Part shown: in pieces, positions 1 to 12,368 of the stretch
Numbering within the stretch: position 1 is the stretch's first letter
How the letters are laid out: each line of letters begins with the position of its first letter
Assembly: GCA_012862495.1 (NCBI GenBank)
Contig: BLSG01000123.1
Location: 6,706-56,027, forward strand
DNA from: Thraustochytrium aureum
Lineage: Eukaryota
Direction: 5' to 3'
Length of the DNA stretch: 49,322 nucleotides
Position numbers and translations under genes: made by a program
The notes under the pieces: generated by a model
Database searches by the model: none
Told to the model about the DNA's origin: nothing
What the model saw: only the letters and a program-made list of their open reading frames with translations

Positions 1-101
1 CTCGAGCTTGCAGCGCACAGGGCCGCAAAGCCAAGCCTTTAGGTTTCACTGTACGTGATCACCTTGCCACTGGTCGTCTCTAGCTAGAGAGGGTCATGGC
101 G

Positions 102-199
102 TCAATCAACTAGCGCGCCCCTGCCTCCCTTCTCCGGAATCGACCTACAATCAATCAACTAGCGCGCCCGAGCCTCCCTTCCCGGAATCGACCGAACAA
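102..199. repeat. 49-bp tandem direct repeat, 2 near-identical copies (102-150, 151-199)
   Basis: TCAATCAACTAGCGCGCCC..GCCTCCCTT..CCGGAATCGACC..ACAA occurs twice head-to-tail, followed by a partial third start (TCAAT). Confidence 0.9.
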
Positions 200-1668
200 T
201 CAATTGGTTGCGCGCACTCGTGCTCGCTCAGCACCAGGGCACTGCCTCGACGAGTCTATCTCACTTTGATGTGCGTGCGTCACGTCACTCACTCGTTTGC
301 GACCTCGTTGACCCACCCTGCTTCAGACGAGACAAGTACTCTAGCATGGACTTTGTTGCGACGAAGCAAGCAAGAAAAAGGCAAGCGTCGCGCCATGATG
401 GCGCTCCATTCGCCTCGCCACGCCCTTGCCCCGTCAACTCATCTCGGCAGCGCGAGGCGAGTCATGCATGGTTCACTGAAAGGCACGAGTCCGCAGAAGG
501 CGCATCTCTCTCGAAGGCTGCGTGTCGCCAGCGGCCCCAATCGCTGGCATTTCGGCAGCCAGAGTCGGTCGGATGCTGTGCCGGCGGTAGTCGGTCAGAG
601 TCCATCCCGTCCCATGCCTGAGGGCAGCAACGTTCCACTCGCACTCGAGTAGGATGTGATGTGTCAGGTCTTGACAGTCTTCCGCGCACGCAACGGTACT
701 CTTTCTTTTTGCCAAGCGTGACGGCCTTGCGATGCTGACACGAGGCGTCCGTGGCAAACAAACTTGTTGACGATGTCTTGCGGAGCAAAGTTGTTGGCCC
801 AGGCAACGAACTGCCTCGCAAAGCATGCGAAGGGCACGAATCGCTGCCGAGCGAGCAACCTCCAGTGGCTTGACTGAACCACGCCAAAAAGGATCAGCGC
901 ACCTTACCAGTACTGTAGAGTGTCTTTGACTTGCACTTTGCTACCAGCCCCTCGAGGGCTGGCTTGGGTTCTCTCACTAGCTGCAGCTGGCGTGCTTGCG
1001 GCTTTCGTGGCGCAGCGGGCGTCCCGGTCGGTGCCGCCATTAGAAACGTTTGTCAGTGCCACATCTTGGCCACATCGTCCTTCCGTTCTCCGAAGACCAC
1101 GCGCTCGTTGTTTGCCTTGTCGCTGCGTCTTTCAATTGAAAAGAGTAAGGCGTACTTGTGAGTACCCGTAGCGTCGTTCCCGTCGTATTTTGAACAGTGA
1201 AGATCTCAACCGCGCTGGCCACATGCAGCGAGTAGAGTACTTGTATGTACATGCCACGCGGTGCTACAAACAAGAGATTAGGCAGGCTGTGACTGGGCAT
1301 CTCTGCGCGCGACGCAGGCCGCGCGCAGGAGAGCCCCCAGCCCAGTCCCGAAGGAACCGGACTGACAACGAAAAGTCTGAAGGTGGCCTTGCGATGTTGA
1401 CACGAAACGTCGGTGACAAACTCGCAGACGATCGATCACCCGCGGATCGAAGTAGTTGCACCAAGCAACCTCTTGCCGGAGCAGCTGAAGGTCGTTTTTT
1501 CAACTCAACAATAATTCATTTTCGGCATACCAACAGAAAGGGCTAGCTAGAAGGCCTACCACTTGAACGATCACAGACCGCAGAGTGTGATCTCAAGTCG
1601 CTTGCCAAGTTGCAATGTGGACTGATGTGTATGTGGTGTGGTGTACATGTTCAGATCGCCGCGTGGCG

Positions 1669-4547
1669 TCACCTGTTCTCCGGCATCCTTGGCCAGAAAT
1701 CGCAAAAACTCCCTTGTGGAGCAGTCGCTGTGGGATCGCAGCTCAGCGAGTAGCCGCCGGAAAGGCCCACGTATGAGACCCAGAGAAGGACGAGGATGAC
1801 GACGTGGCCCACTTTGGCCGTGACGGTCCGCCCAACTCTCCCCAGCCCATCCTTCGGCGCACGAACATAAGAGTAAAGTACACAAAGGCGACGCAGCAAA
1901 AGATGATGACTGACACAGAGAGGTCGCCGGCCTTGACGACGTACGGCTTGTCCAGCACGAGTTTGTAGTAGACCGACCAATCAACCATGGTAGCCCGAGG
2001 CCGAGGTAGACGTTGACGCTGTTGCTCCCGTGATATTGCCAATCGAGTTATCTGCCGTGTCGTCGTTCTCCGCCGCAGTCTTGGACGCAAAGGTATCCGG
2101 CAGCGAGGTCCCCATAGCCACAAACGTGATGGCTGTCAGCGTCGGTGGCAAGCCGATGAGACAGCCAAATGTCTTGGCAATGTCGCTGCACACCGTCGTG
2201 AGGAGCCCGATAAGGATCAGCGACACGAAGAACGACAGATATCCGGAGCAATAGCTCGTCGGCGGCACAATCGTGAAGACCACTTTCCAGGCAAACGATA
2301 CGATATGCATCACGCAATCGAGCACGCTTGGGTCCTGGCCTTCTTCTCCCTGCACTGTGAGGGCCTCCTTGAGCTGCTCAGACCAGCTACCGGAACCCAC
2401 GTTGGCCAACTCCAAATGAGCCTGCATGAGCTCGGCGATGCGGTCCACCGTATTCTTGTAGTTTTCGTCAGAGGTGATGGTCACCGACAGCACGCGGTGC
2501 TCGCCGTACTTGCAGCCGTTGTCCGGAGACCCGAGAATCTCAAACTCAACACCAAAGGTGAGCTCCTTGTCGTACCTCTTGTCGTCGACGAGGCCGATCG
2601 AGATCGCGGCCTCGTTAACGCCGTTCTGAAAGATAACGGTCCCGGTGGACTCGAAGTAGTCGACCCCCTTCTTTGCACTGGCGTCTCGAGTGCGGTAGGC
2701 GATTGTGACCGGGCCGTCGACGCCACCGGAGCGGCGGATGACGCATTTTGCGACTTTGTCAGATTCCCGGACAACGATCGCGCCTTCTGGGAAACCAAAG
2801 ACGCCTGGGTGGTCGTCGTCAATTATGGTCACCTCGGCAGTTGTAAACTCGGCCTTCTCGAGGTCGGTGTTGTGGTCGGTGCCCTTGGTGCTGAGAACGA
2901 CGAAGAACGACTCGGTTTGCTCGAACCTGTGGTCGTCCACAATTTGGATCGTGATGGTCTTTTGCGTCTCGCCAGCCTCGAAAACAAGCTTGCCGTCCAG
3001 GTGGACAAAATCTTCCGTGCTCCGTGCCGTCCCCGATCGGGTCTCGTAGTAGACGGTGCTCACCTTGCCCAACTCGAGCGGAGTGCCAGTTCGAAGTACC
3101 GGTAGCGTGATGCTGCCGTCGTTTTCGTTCACTGCGTACGCGTACGCGGAGAAGCTTACGCGAGGAAGGCGCTGAAGCGGCGGCTGCGAGCTCCCTGTCG
3201 ACGAGTGGCGCCTCGAACCGACGACCTGGGAGAACCTCTGGATGGTGTGCTTTGTGATGAAGTTGAGGTTCTTTTGAATGACGCCGCGTCCTCCGGCGAG
3301 TTTCCTGCGCGCATCAATGCGGTATTTCAGGGTGCTGCTTTTGCTGTTTTGCAACATGTTTTGCGCCACCAGTCGGGCCTTTTCCTCCTCGTTGAGACCG
3401 TCCGGGAGCTGGTGCAGAATGCTTGCGACCATCTCTCTCTCGCGCGCTTCGCGCGCTTCGACGCTGACGAACTTCTCCAACGAGCCCGACCCGCCGCCAT
3501 TGCTTCGGCGGCGCAAGTGCTTGTGGTTTTCCCCGTCCACGGCTACTATATGGCCGTCCGGTTTAACTCGGCTCGAGGACCCATTGCGGAACATGCCCCA
3601 CCACCCCTTGTTTTGCGCGTAGCTGACGAAGACGAGCAGCGGGAAGAGGAGGAACGTGACAATCGCTTCGGGGATGCTGACCACCTCGTCTTGAAGAACT
3701 ATCCACATCCAGAGGTAGGCGAAAAACCGAAAAGGTCGAGGTAATGATGAAGACGCCGTAGCCCTCGATCGAGCGTTTCTCGCCGCCCTTGATTGCCACG
3801 ACGCACACAGCTGTGATGCCCAGCAGGTTGAAGGCAGCAGACCCGACGATGGTCCCCGGTCCGAGACCATCAACCGGCTCTTTGCCGAGCATACCCACGG
3901 TCTCCACAATCGAAAGGAGGATTTCAGGTGCAGAGCTCCCCAGCGCCATGAGCGTCAGGTTTGCAACAGTCTCGTCCCAGATGAGCACTCTGCGCTCTTC
4001 CAACTCGCCGTTCGAGCCCTCGACGACGATCACGCGCTCTTTTGACGTGATGACCTCGATGCTCGCCATGAAGTGGTCGCTGATGATGGCCACGCCGAGA
4101 AATACCCAGACCATCAGTACAAAGTAGAAGAAGGCANNNNNNNNNNNNNNNNNNNNNNNNNNNNNNNNNNNNNNNNNNNNNNNNNNNNNNNNNNNNNNNN
4201 NNNNNNNNNNNNNNNNNNNNNNNNNNNNNNNNNNNNNNNNNNNNNNNNNNNNNNNNNNNNNNNNNNNNNNNNNNNNNNNNNNNNNNNNNNNNNNNNNNNN
4301 NNNNNNNNNNNNNNNNNNNNTCGGTCTCGGACTCGCGAAAGGCGTACAGCAGGTTTCCTTTGGAGAAAGGGACGTACTTGAGGCTGCTGCACAAAGCCGA
4401 GACGTTGTTGGCGTCGCAGAGCGACATTACCAGCGCGTCAAACTCCTGCAGGTCCACCACCGTTGCGGTTGATATGCAAGCGAGATCTGCTAGCAGCAAA
4501 CCAACAACGCCAGCAAGCGCGGCTTGCCTTGCGTTGCGAAGCATCAT
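1669..4547 (-). CDS. Sodium/calcium exchanger (NCX/SLC8 family) with two Calx-beta domains
   Basis: Signal-like N-terminus. Alpha-1 repeat ANLTLMALGSSAPEILL and GPGTIVGSAAFN, Calx-beta motifs (FEAGETQKTITIQIVDD, VTIIDDDHPG), alpha-2 repeat AMGTSLPDTFAS...GNITGSNSVNVYLG. Interrupted by gap 4137-4320 and by 1-nt indels at about 3723, 2028, 1978 and 1801. Confidence 0.93.
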
Positions 4548-5965
4548 TGTTTGCGTTGGCGGCAACCAACCAACCCGGGCGCCAACGCTGGCGGCCCTGT
4601 GCGCGAGATGTGCCGCCCGCTGCCAAGCTTGGCTTGCACCGCCTTTCCAGCGGCTGTCTTTCTGCTTATGCGGTTGGAAACCCCTACCATACGGACGAGG
4701 GGACTGGACGATCCAGCCACGCCTGGCCAGGGCGCTTCCGTTCCGGTGCCCCGCTCCCAGGCTGTCAAGCGCCCAGCGTGGACAAGTCCTGCTGTCCTAG
4801 CGGGTTGCGCGCTGCGCGCTCGACGAAGTCAGGTCACTGCCTTTTCGTGGCCAAGTGATCCACCGCGGCCGAGCCAATGGAGTGAGAATGCATGTGGCTT
4901 TCGCCATGCAAGAAACAGCAATAGACCCGTTGGGATTTAGTGCAACTGCTACTAAGCGAAGCCTGCGCAGTTGGCTTAGCACTCTGAAGAGCAGCCACTA
5001 CACTGCGCTAGCGACGCCATTCTCGCTGATCTGGTCGCCAGGTGCGACGGCTTCGCAGGCTGCCCTGTCGGCTTGGACCACGAGAGATGCTTTGGCGACC
5101 TGCTCGCCAGCAAATGCAAAACAGCGTCAACGCGAGGCTTCAAGCACGCGGTGCTAGTCGCTCGCTACGCGTTGGCACACGTTGTGCGCCTCAAGAGACC
5201 TGCCGCAGAGGCCCGTTTGCATTCAGAACTGCAGCAGAACTGCAGCACAGCAGCCTCGCTGCCTTGCGCCGCTTCGCGCTTGAGCGCAGCGAGAGACAAC
5301 GGACAAGTCAAAGTGAAGGACAGAGGTCGTCCGTCGAGGTGCTGGCGGACCCGAAAGTGCTGACTCATCCCGCGCCAGCGTGGTGCTCGCGAGCGGCTCA
5401 CAGGAGAAGGCGTCATGGGCTCGGCCACGCAGCCTGGTCTTGCGCGAGTACATACCGTGAGGTATACCACGATGCACGATCATTCAATGCCTGGGTGGAT
5501 GCAAGTTGAATGCACGCCATCAACTGTGGACGTTGTTATCTTGCGCAACCGCTGCTGCTGCCGCTGAAAGCCAAGTCGGCGTCCCGTCGCCCATGCAGGA
5601 GTAGCGTACTCACAGCCACCTCCACACGCGGCCACAGCCAGCAGGCCGAAGCGTCGCGCCGAGCATGGCGCACGCCCTGCCCCCGCCATTCAAGCCCAAA
5701 CGCACCGAGCGGGCGCCCGCCGGCGCCGGGCTCCAGGCCGTGCGCACTCCCAGCGGGGACGCGGCGTTTCCGGCGTTGCGGAGCGAGAGCGCGGGCCGGC
5801 AGGCTGGCAAGCTGGCAAGCTGGCTGGCGGGCGGGCGGGCGGTCCATTCACAGGTTCATGGACGTAATAGCGGGTCGCACCTTGGTCGCCAACCAACGTC
5901 GAGCAGACAACCAACAACAAAACCCCACAACCAGGCAGACCCCGAACGAGCGCAGGCCGCGCGCG

Positions 5966-6044
5966 AGCAGCAGCCGCAGCAGCCGCAGCAGCCGCAGCCG
6001 CAGCAGCAGCCGCAGCAGCAGCAGCAGAAGCGGCAGCAGCAGCA
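5966..6044. repeat. Imperfect (CAG/CCG)n trinucleotide microsatellite
   Basis: CAGCAGCCG units and CAG runs read directly; lies upstream of the AGC kinase. Confidence 0.85.
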
Positions 6045-6410
6045 GAGCCGCAGGAGGCCCGCGCTGGAGCGAGTACGGCGTCCGGCTTGGCTGGCTGGAG
6101 CGCGAGAAGGTCTGGCCGCGGTTGCTGCGGTCGCTCGCGGTTGTGCTGGGGTTGGTGGCGGAGGCGGGCCAAGGCGACGTGACCTCCGCGCTGGACGCGG
6201 GCCTGCGAGACGCTGTGCTACGAGAGGCGCGGGCTGAGGCATGGAGCTCTAGGAGCTGCGGGTATTTCGCGTTTTGGAGCCTGCCGCCTGGCGGACTCTG
6301 TGGGGCGAGAAAGCGGAGTGAAGAGCCAGTAAACGCGCACCGCCGAGCGACTCGCGCCGCCGCGTGCGTTGTCTCGCTGGTAGAGCGAAAGGGAGCCGCG
6401 GTCTGTGGCG

Positions 6411-8378
6411 ATGTCGGGCGCAGCCGCCCCCGCCGCGCTCGGCGCCCTGCGCGCAGACGACCAAGACGAGGAGTACGGGTTCGACGAGGTATACGAGCAC
6501 CCCTCGAGCACGCGGTCAGCGCTCGCGCCGCCCAACCCCCGCAGCGCCATAGACCGCCGCAAGAGCGTCTCGTTCGAGCCCGAAGGGGAGGATAAGGAAC
6601 AAACGAGTGACGAGCAGAGCGGCTCGCCACCCAATCCGTTCGTGCGTCGCGGGAGCCGCACGAGCGTCTCAAGCGGCGGCAGCGACCGCGCAGCTGAAGT
6701 TGTGCAAGAGGACGTCAAGGACTCGGACAAGGAAGACTTCTCAACCTCGACGCAGACGCGGCTGCGGCGCCAGAGCTCGGCCCTGTCGGTCCAAAACGAG
6801 GGAAGCGAGGGGGAATACAGGGTCTCGCCCGCGGACTTTGAGCTGCGGACTGTGATTGGCAAGGGGGCCTACGGGCGCGTGCTTCAGGTCCGCGAGGTGC
6901 GGTCGGGGCAGATCTACGCCATGAAGGTTCTGCAAAAGGGCCACGTGATTCAGAAGAACAACCTCGACTATGTGCGCGAAGAGCGCAACATCCTCAGCCA
7001 GTGCGACCACCCGTTCGTGGTGACGCTCATGAGCGCGTTCCAGACCAACGACAAGCTGTACCTCGTCATGGAGTACGTGTGCGGCGGCGAGCTGTTCTCG
7101 CACCTCCGAAACGAGGGCCTCTTCGACGAAGACCAGACCCGGTTTTATGCTGGCGAGATGATCCTCGCCATTGAGTACCTGCACCAGCACGGGATCATCC
7201 ATCGCGACCTCAAACCAGAGAACGTGCTCCTGGACGGGGACGGTCACATCCGCATCACGGACTTCGGACTCGCCAAGGTCGACCCCGAAAACACAAACGC
7301 GGCCCGCACCTTGTGCGGAACGGACCTATACATGGCGCCTGAAATGCTGGCCTGCACGCAAAACAGCCAAGGCTATGGTCGCGCCGTCGACTTTTGGAGC
7401 CTTGGCGTCATCGTGTTTGAAATGCTCACTGGAGACACGCCCTTCTACGCCAAGGACACGCGTCGCCTCTACAAAATGATCCTCACGCAAAAGCCCAAGT
7501 TTCCGCGCTGGTTGTCGAGCGTCTGCGTCTCGCTCCTAAAAGGCTTGCTGAACCGCAACGTCGAGCAGCGCCTTGGCGCAGCCAGCTCGACCATGTTTAA
7601 GACGCGCGGGGTTCAGGAGCTCAAGAGCCACGAGTTTTTCAAGGGCCAAGACTGGGGCAAGCTCGAGCGAAAGGAGATCCCTCCCCCGTTCCGGCCTGAA
7701 ACCAGCGGCGGTCTCGAGGACACGTCCAACTTTTCAAAGGCTTTTACTGACCTTGAGCCCAAGGACCTGGACGACGCCGAGGCCGAGCGCTATGCAAAGC
7801 ACCTGGCCGAGGCCGGCGACGACGACTTTAAAGGATTCTCCTTCACGCGCTCCAGCTACCTCGAGGCGGCCATGAGCGCTAGTGCTGCTCTCGCATCCGT
7901 AGAGATCGCCACAGACCAGGGCCCCCCCACAATCGCGGAGGAGCTAGCTGCTCAGAACCAGGAGCTTTCGAGTAGTTCTGCATTGGTGTGCGACGAGGTT
8001 GCAGCCGCTGCCGCCATCGTGCCAGGACCTGGTGTGCCAGGTGACGTCCGGGCCGACTCGCCAAAGGCAGATACCGCGGTTGGGCCTGGANNNNNNNNNN
8101 NNNNNNNNNNNNNNNNNNNNNNNNNNNNNNNNNNNNNNNNNNNNNNNNNNNNNNNNNNNNNNNNNNNNNNNNNNNNNNNNNNNNNNNNNNNNNNNNNNNN
8201 NNNNNNNNNNNNNNNNNNNNNNNNNNNNNNNNNNNNNNNNNNNNNNNNNNNNNNNNNNNNNNNNNNNNNNNNNNNNNNNNNNNNNNNNNNNNNNNNNNNN
8301 NNNNNNNNNNNNTTCGTTTTAGCCGGGTTGCCGTGGCCGATGGATGGGCAAGGTGGGTCGAGGCGAGGCGCGCGTTGA
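6411..8378 (+). CDS. AGC-group Ser/Thr kinase, S6K/SGK/PKB-like
   Basis: GKGAYGRV, YAMKVL, HRDLKPEN, DFG, TLCGTDLYMAPE, and an AGC C-terminal tail (PPFRP...DTSNF...FKGFSF hydrophobic motif). The 3' end is uncertain because of gap 8091-8312. Confidence 0.93.
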   Translation: MSGAAAPAALGALRADDQDEEYGFDEVYEHPSSTRSALAPPNPRSAIDRRKSVSFEPEGEDKEQTSDEQSGSPPNPFVRRGSRTSVSSGGSDRAAEVVQEDVKDSDKEDFSTSTQTRLRRQSSALSVQNEGSEGEYRVSPADFELRTVIGKGAYGRVLQVREVRSGQIYAMKVLQKGHVIQKNNLDYVREERNILSQCDHPFVVTLMSAFQTNDKLYLVMEYVCGGELFSHLRNEGLFDEDQTRFYAGEMILAIEYLHQHGIIHRDLKPENVLLDGDGHIRITDFGLAKVDPENTNAARTLCGTDLYMAPEMLACTQNSQGYGRAVDFWSLGVIVFEMLTGDTPFYAKDTRRLYKMILTQKPKFPRWLSSVCVSLLKGLLNRNVEQRLGAASSTMFKTRGVQELKSHEFFKGQDWGKLERKEIPPPFRPETSGGLEDTSNFSKAFTDLEPKDLDDAEAERYAKHLAEAGDDDFKGFSFTRSSYLEAAMSASAALASVEIATDQGPPTIAEELAAQNQELSSSSALVCDEVAAAAAIVPGPGVPGDVRADSPKADTAVGPGXXXXXXXXXXXXXXXXXXXXXXXXXXXXXXXXXXXXXXXXXXXXXXXXXXXXXXXXXXXXXXXXXXXXXXXXXXFVLAGLPWPMDGQGGSRRGAR

Positions 8379-8788
8379 AAGGCTTGTGATTCTGACACTC
8401 GGAGCAGCGAAAGAGTGGGTTCCATCCTGGATGGCCAACTGAGTCAGCGCAGCGTTGGTTGTATGGAAAAACGGTAGTAGAATACGAGTAGATAGAAAAT
8501 CGCATGCCCCGGCAGTGCCAAGCAGGTCAATCGCGGTTTGCTCGCGCCAGCTGGCGCTGCAAGTGGGCCGTGGTGCGGCCGACGCCCGCCAACCTGCCGG
8601 GCAGAAGCAGCTGTGGAACAAGTCCGGAGAGGCGAAGGCCGGTGTGGTGGGCTCCAGCGGGCGCCGAGCGCCCGTTGCGGGCTCTCTGATGTTTGTGCAG
8701 TCGTCCGCTTGCGCGGGTCGGCCCTTGAAGTGAATGGAGTGTTCGAGAAACATAATGTCAAAACTAAATACAGTGTGGCGTGGCGGCA

Positions 8789-10699
8789 TCATGCGCCAGG
8801 AAACGCAGCCATGAGCGCGGACCTGAACCGGCCCATAAAGCCTTCTACCTCTTGTGCAGCCCCTGTGAAACCCTCGAGGCCGGCCTCGTCCACAAGGGCG
8901 CGGAGCTGGCCTGACTGAACAACACGGCCAATGTCATGCAGCGAGTAGCGGAGAGCAGCCATGTGCTGCAGGAGAGTGGTACTAGCGCGCAAGCCCAGGA
9001 GCTCCTCGGGGCCGAGGCCGCCGCAAAGGGCTTGCTCCAACAACGCGACGTCCGCTTCCGCGTCAAGGTGGCGAATGTATTCGAGCACGTGCGGGAGGAA
9101 CGGCTCGCGCGATTGCGGCCACGCCATCCACTCTAGCGTTATGACGTCTGCTTCTTCGCCAAAGTCGGCATCCCCTGCAGCAGAGAGTTGCGACAAGCGC
9201 GGAAGGCAGAGTCCGTGGTCGATGGGGACAAGGCGAACCGCGTGCGACCCGCCCTCGCCAGACCCACCACAAAAGCTCTCGGAACGCCGCGAGTATCTTC
9301 CCCGGCTCCCAGGCCTGGCTGAACTGCCGGCGCTTGCCACTGTTTGCAGCAAGATGTTGCCGCCGTGCCGGTCGAGGTTGAGAAGACGAATGTCCAGGAC
9401 CCCGATGCGCTGAACTCCGTCGAGCGGCATGAGTCCGCTGCCGATGTCCTCAGCAGAGCTGTGGTGTGAGACGTACGCTTGCGCTGACCCCAACTTGAAC
9501 GGCAAATCGCTCGGCTCGTCGAGGATACTGATCGCCTGCAGTCCGAGTGGCGAGCCAGCGCTGCCCGCTCGCAGCGTCAGAGGCTCGCAGCACGACCGCG
9601 GGCCTTGCGAGCGCGACATGGAAACCGACAACGTTCGCCCTTGCACGCAAGGAATGGGCGGCAGGTTGAGTGGCGAAATCTGCACGGCACCAGAGCTTGC
9701 CAAACGAGGCTTCGACGCGCTTTGGGCTGAGACGCTTTCCGGGATGCTCCAGCCCATGCTCCCCGAGGGCGAGTCCATGCTGAGAGAGGCAAACCGATTG
9801 ATGGCGGGCGGTGCCGACAAGGAGGGAGCCCCGCCACCCCACGCGCGGGAGAACACGCGGACCATTGCGGTGGGCGGTACGCCAGCAAAGCCCCCGTGAT
9901 CGAGAAGGAACGCGGCGACCTCGCGGAGATAGCCTTCGCCTGAACGCACGCCGTGTCGCATCACTTGGGCGACGGTCTCCGTGCCCTTGGGAGAGCCTGG
10001 CTCCTCGTCGACGGGCTTGAAGATCGCGCAGAGGCCCTTCGTCCCGCGCAGGTAGTAGCAACCGCCTGCCGAGTACGCATCCACCACGACCGGGGCGTTG
10101 CCCGCCTCGAGGCCTGCACGGCACTCATCCACGAAAGCAAAGTCAGCCGCTCGCTTGCCGCTCTTCGTCAGCTCAGTCACGAGCTCCAGCGTGTCGGGCG
10201 CGACTGGGTCCAGCGCGCCGTCGCGAGTCTCGGTGAAGTCGACGCTTTTCGTTCGGCTGATGTTGACGGGCGAGGACGGCGCGGCCGGTTGCCTTGAGCA
10301 GGCATGGGGCTCTTCATGTTCAAGAGCTGCGTCCTCGTCAAAGCTGAAGATCGCTGCCCCTGGCCCGAGGGGCAAGGGGCTGTCGCACTCCTCAAAGGTT
10401 TCGTCCGACAAATACCTGCTGCTCGAGCTGGCGCGCCGTTCCCGCGAGCTCACTTCTTGCATGCCCGCTTCGGCGTCCGCGTCAAGCCCGTCCGCTTCAG
10501 CATCATCTTCTCCGTGCCAGCCTTGTGATGGTCCGCGCTTCGTCATTTCAGAACGGCCACTGCTGCCCCTGCCAATGTCGTCGGCGCTGCCGCCCTCTTC
10601 CTCCTCTTCGTCGTCGTCGAGCAGGTCCTCCCACCTTGTGGCGCTGGCTTGCCGGATAAAGGCGTCCAGGGGCTGCTCTTCGTGGTGCGTGGCAGCCAT
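8789..10699 (-). CDS. Type II phosphatidylinositol 4-kinase (plant PI4K-gamma-like)
   Basis: AIFKPVDEEP, GEGYLREVAAFLLDH, VPPT, LDIRLLNLDRHGGN, LVPIDHGLCLP and EWMAWPQ motifs; intact 636-aa ORF. Confidence 0.9.
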   Translation of the reverse strand: MAATHHEEQPLDAFIRQASATRWEDLLDDDEEEEEGGSADDIGRGSSGRSEMTKRGPSQGWHGEDDAEADGLDADAEAGMQEVSSRERRASSSSRYLSDETFEECDSPLPLGPGAAIFSFDEDAALEHEEPHACSRQPAAPSSPVNISRTKSVDFTETRDGALDPVAPDTLELVTELTKSGKRAADFAFVDECRAGLEAGNAPVVVDAYSAGGCYYLRGTKGLCAIFKPVDEEPGSPKGTETVAQVMRHGVRSGEGYLREVAAFLLDHGGFAGVPPTAMVRVFSRAWGGGAPSLSAPPAINRFASLSMDSPSGSMGWSIPESVSAQSASKPRLASSGAVQISPLNLPPIPCVQGRTLSVSMSRSQGPRSCCEPLTLRAGSAGSPLGLQAISILDEPSDLPFKLGSAQAYVSHHSSAEDIGSGLMPLDGVQRIGVLDIRLLNLDRHGGNILLQTVASAGSSARPGSRGRYSRRSESFCGGSGEGGSHAVRLVPIDHGLCLPRLSQLSAAGDADFGEEADVITLEWMAWPQSREPFLPHVLEYIRHLDAEADVALLEQALCGGLGPEELLGLRASTTLLQHMAALRYSLHDIGRVVQSGQLRALVDEAGLEGFTGAAQEVEGFMGRFRSALMAAFPGA

Positions 10700-12368
10700 G
10701 GCGCTTTGCCCGACGCAGTTCGCGGACTGCAGTGCTTGTGCTCGTCTCGATCGATTCTGGCCTGCAACAAACCTTTGCCCGTGGTGGTGAGCTAAAAAGG
10801 TCAGCTGAACTCGGCGGGCAAGGGGCAGAACTGTGACGCAAAGATCTTTCCGGCCTGGCGTTCAGCGAGCTCGTCTTCGTACTCGAGTTCGCAGGGTTCA
10901 CAAACGCAGGTGCACTTCAAGGCAGCGTCCAGGGAGCGTCGGCGCCGCGCAGCGAAAGCGCCGACTCGCCGGTCGGATGACGTGGCCTCCGACTGACGTG
11001 GCCTCCACCTCGCACGGGCCTCCTGCGCCTCCCTTGCCTGCGCCTCCCACAGGCCTCTGACGCAGCGCGGCAAACCGCCGCGCACCTCCGACGGCAGCGC
11101 TCGGACCACTCCGAGCGCTCTTCGTCGCTGGCGTGTCTCCTTCCGTGCTAGGGCGCGCCCGCTCGCGGGCAGCGCAGCGCTGGCGGAAGGGAGCGAGGTC
11201 AGGCGCGCGCCGCCAGCGAGCCTCTGCCGGAGGTTGACGTCCGCCGACGTCCGCCAGCTCGACAGGGCGCGTTGCTGCTCTGCTGGACCTCGTTCTTCGT
11301 CTGCAGCGTGTGCTTGCTCAGGTGCTCAGGTGCTGCAGTGCTGCTGCTCCTGCTGGTCCACGGCGCCGCATTCTGGATGCACTTGTGCGTTGAGATGGAC
11401 AGACACACGAGAAAGAGAGTCTCCGTGCGAGCGAGCGAGCAGAGCATGCCAGCAGTGTGCTCTGCGCTCCTTCACAAAATCCACCGCGCGCGGCGAGATT
11501 GGACGGGTTTTGGCCGCTCTTGGCCTGCTCTTGGGCAGATTTGCGCGCCTTTTGGGCGGATTCTTGACCCGCGTGCAAGTCGCGTTTCCTCAGAGTCAGG
11601 GCGGCCGTGCACAATGTCAACTTTGCCCGTCCTGCTCACTGCTGGTGGGGCGCGAGTTGTGGATGCGTCCTGACTCGCAGCACGATATCTGCGCTCGGAC
11701 TGCCTCTCTACGCGGGACGATCGTGATGGAAAGGATGATGGAAAGGAATGCCAGTGGAATGGATTTGTTGCCTCCGAGTTTTTCAAGAGTAGACAAGCCT
11801 GCCACACGGGACTGCAGAGGCCACCGGGCCGCGATCGGAGCTGCAGCAAGCGCGGCGGCGGATGGACGCGAGCGAGTTCTCACACGAGCAAGTCGACCTC
11901 CATCTCCGCCGGCCTCTCCTGGCGCAGGATGTCGGCGAGGCGATCGGCCGTGGCGGTTGGACTCGCTCCTCTCTGTCTGCTCTCTCTACTAGAGCTAGTC
12001 GTGCCGCGTTCCTGGCGTAGAGTTGCCCGTCCACGTGGACTTTGTGCTCGTCGACAAGTGGCGACACCCGGTTTGCGACTAGGCTGCGAGGGACCGCTCG
12101 CCTTGCCCTCCGCGAGCTGTCCAGAGCGTTTCGAAATCTACACCAGATCGGATTGGCGCGAGCCATGTCGCAGAGCTCGATCTCTCGGCGCCTAGAGCGC
12201 AGAGCCGTCACGGCGAACGAGGGTCTCCCACGTGCAGCGTATCTTGTTGACCCCCTGTCCTCCAGAATCCATTTCGGCCGCAAGCCAAGACGGCCCACCT
12301 CGATCCGCCGCGCTCGAGCGCGCAAGTAGCTCAAAAGGCAGGAGGGCCACGCCGACTTGACTGCAGCG

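Noticed and set aside
208..1600. Short ORFs at the window start and in 10800-12350
   Set aside because: No motifs or coding-like codon bias; probably intergenic, UTR or intron sequence.
5510..6595. PolyQ/polyS/polyA ORFs upstream of the AGC kinase
   Set aside because: These are open frames generated by the CAG/CCG microsatellite and high GC, with no recognisable domain.
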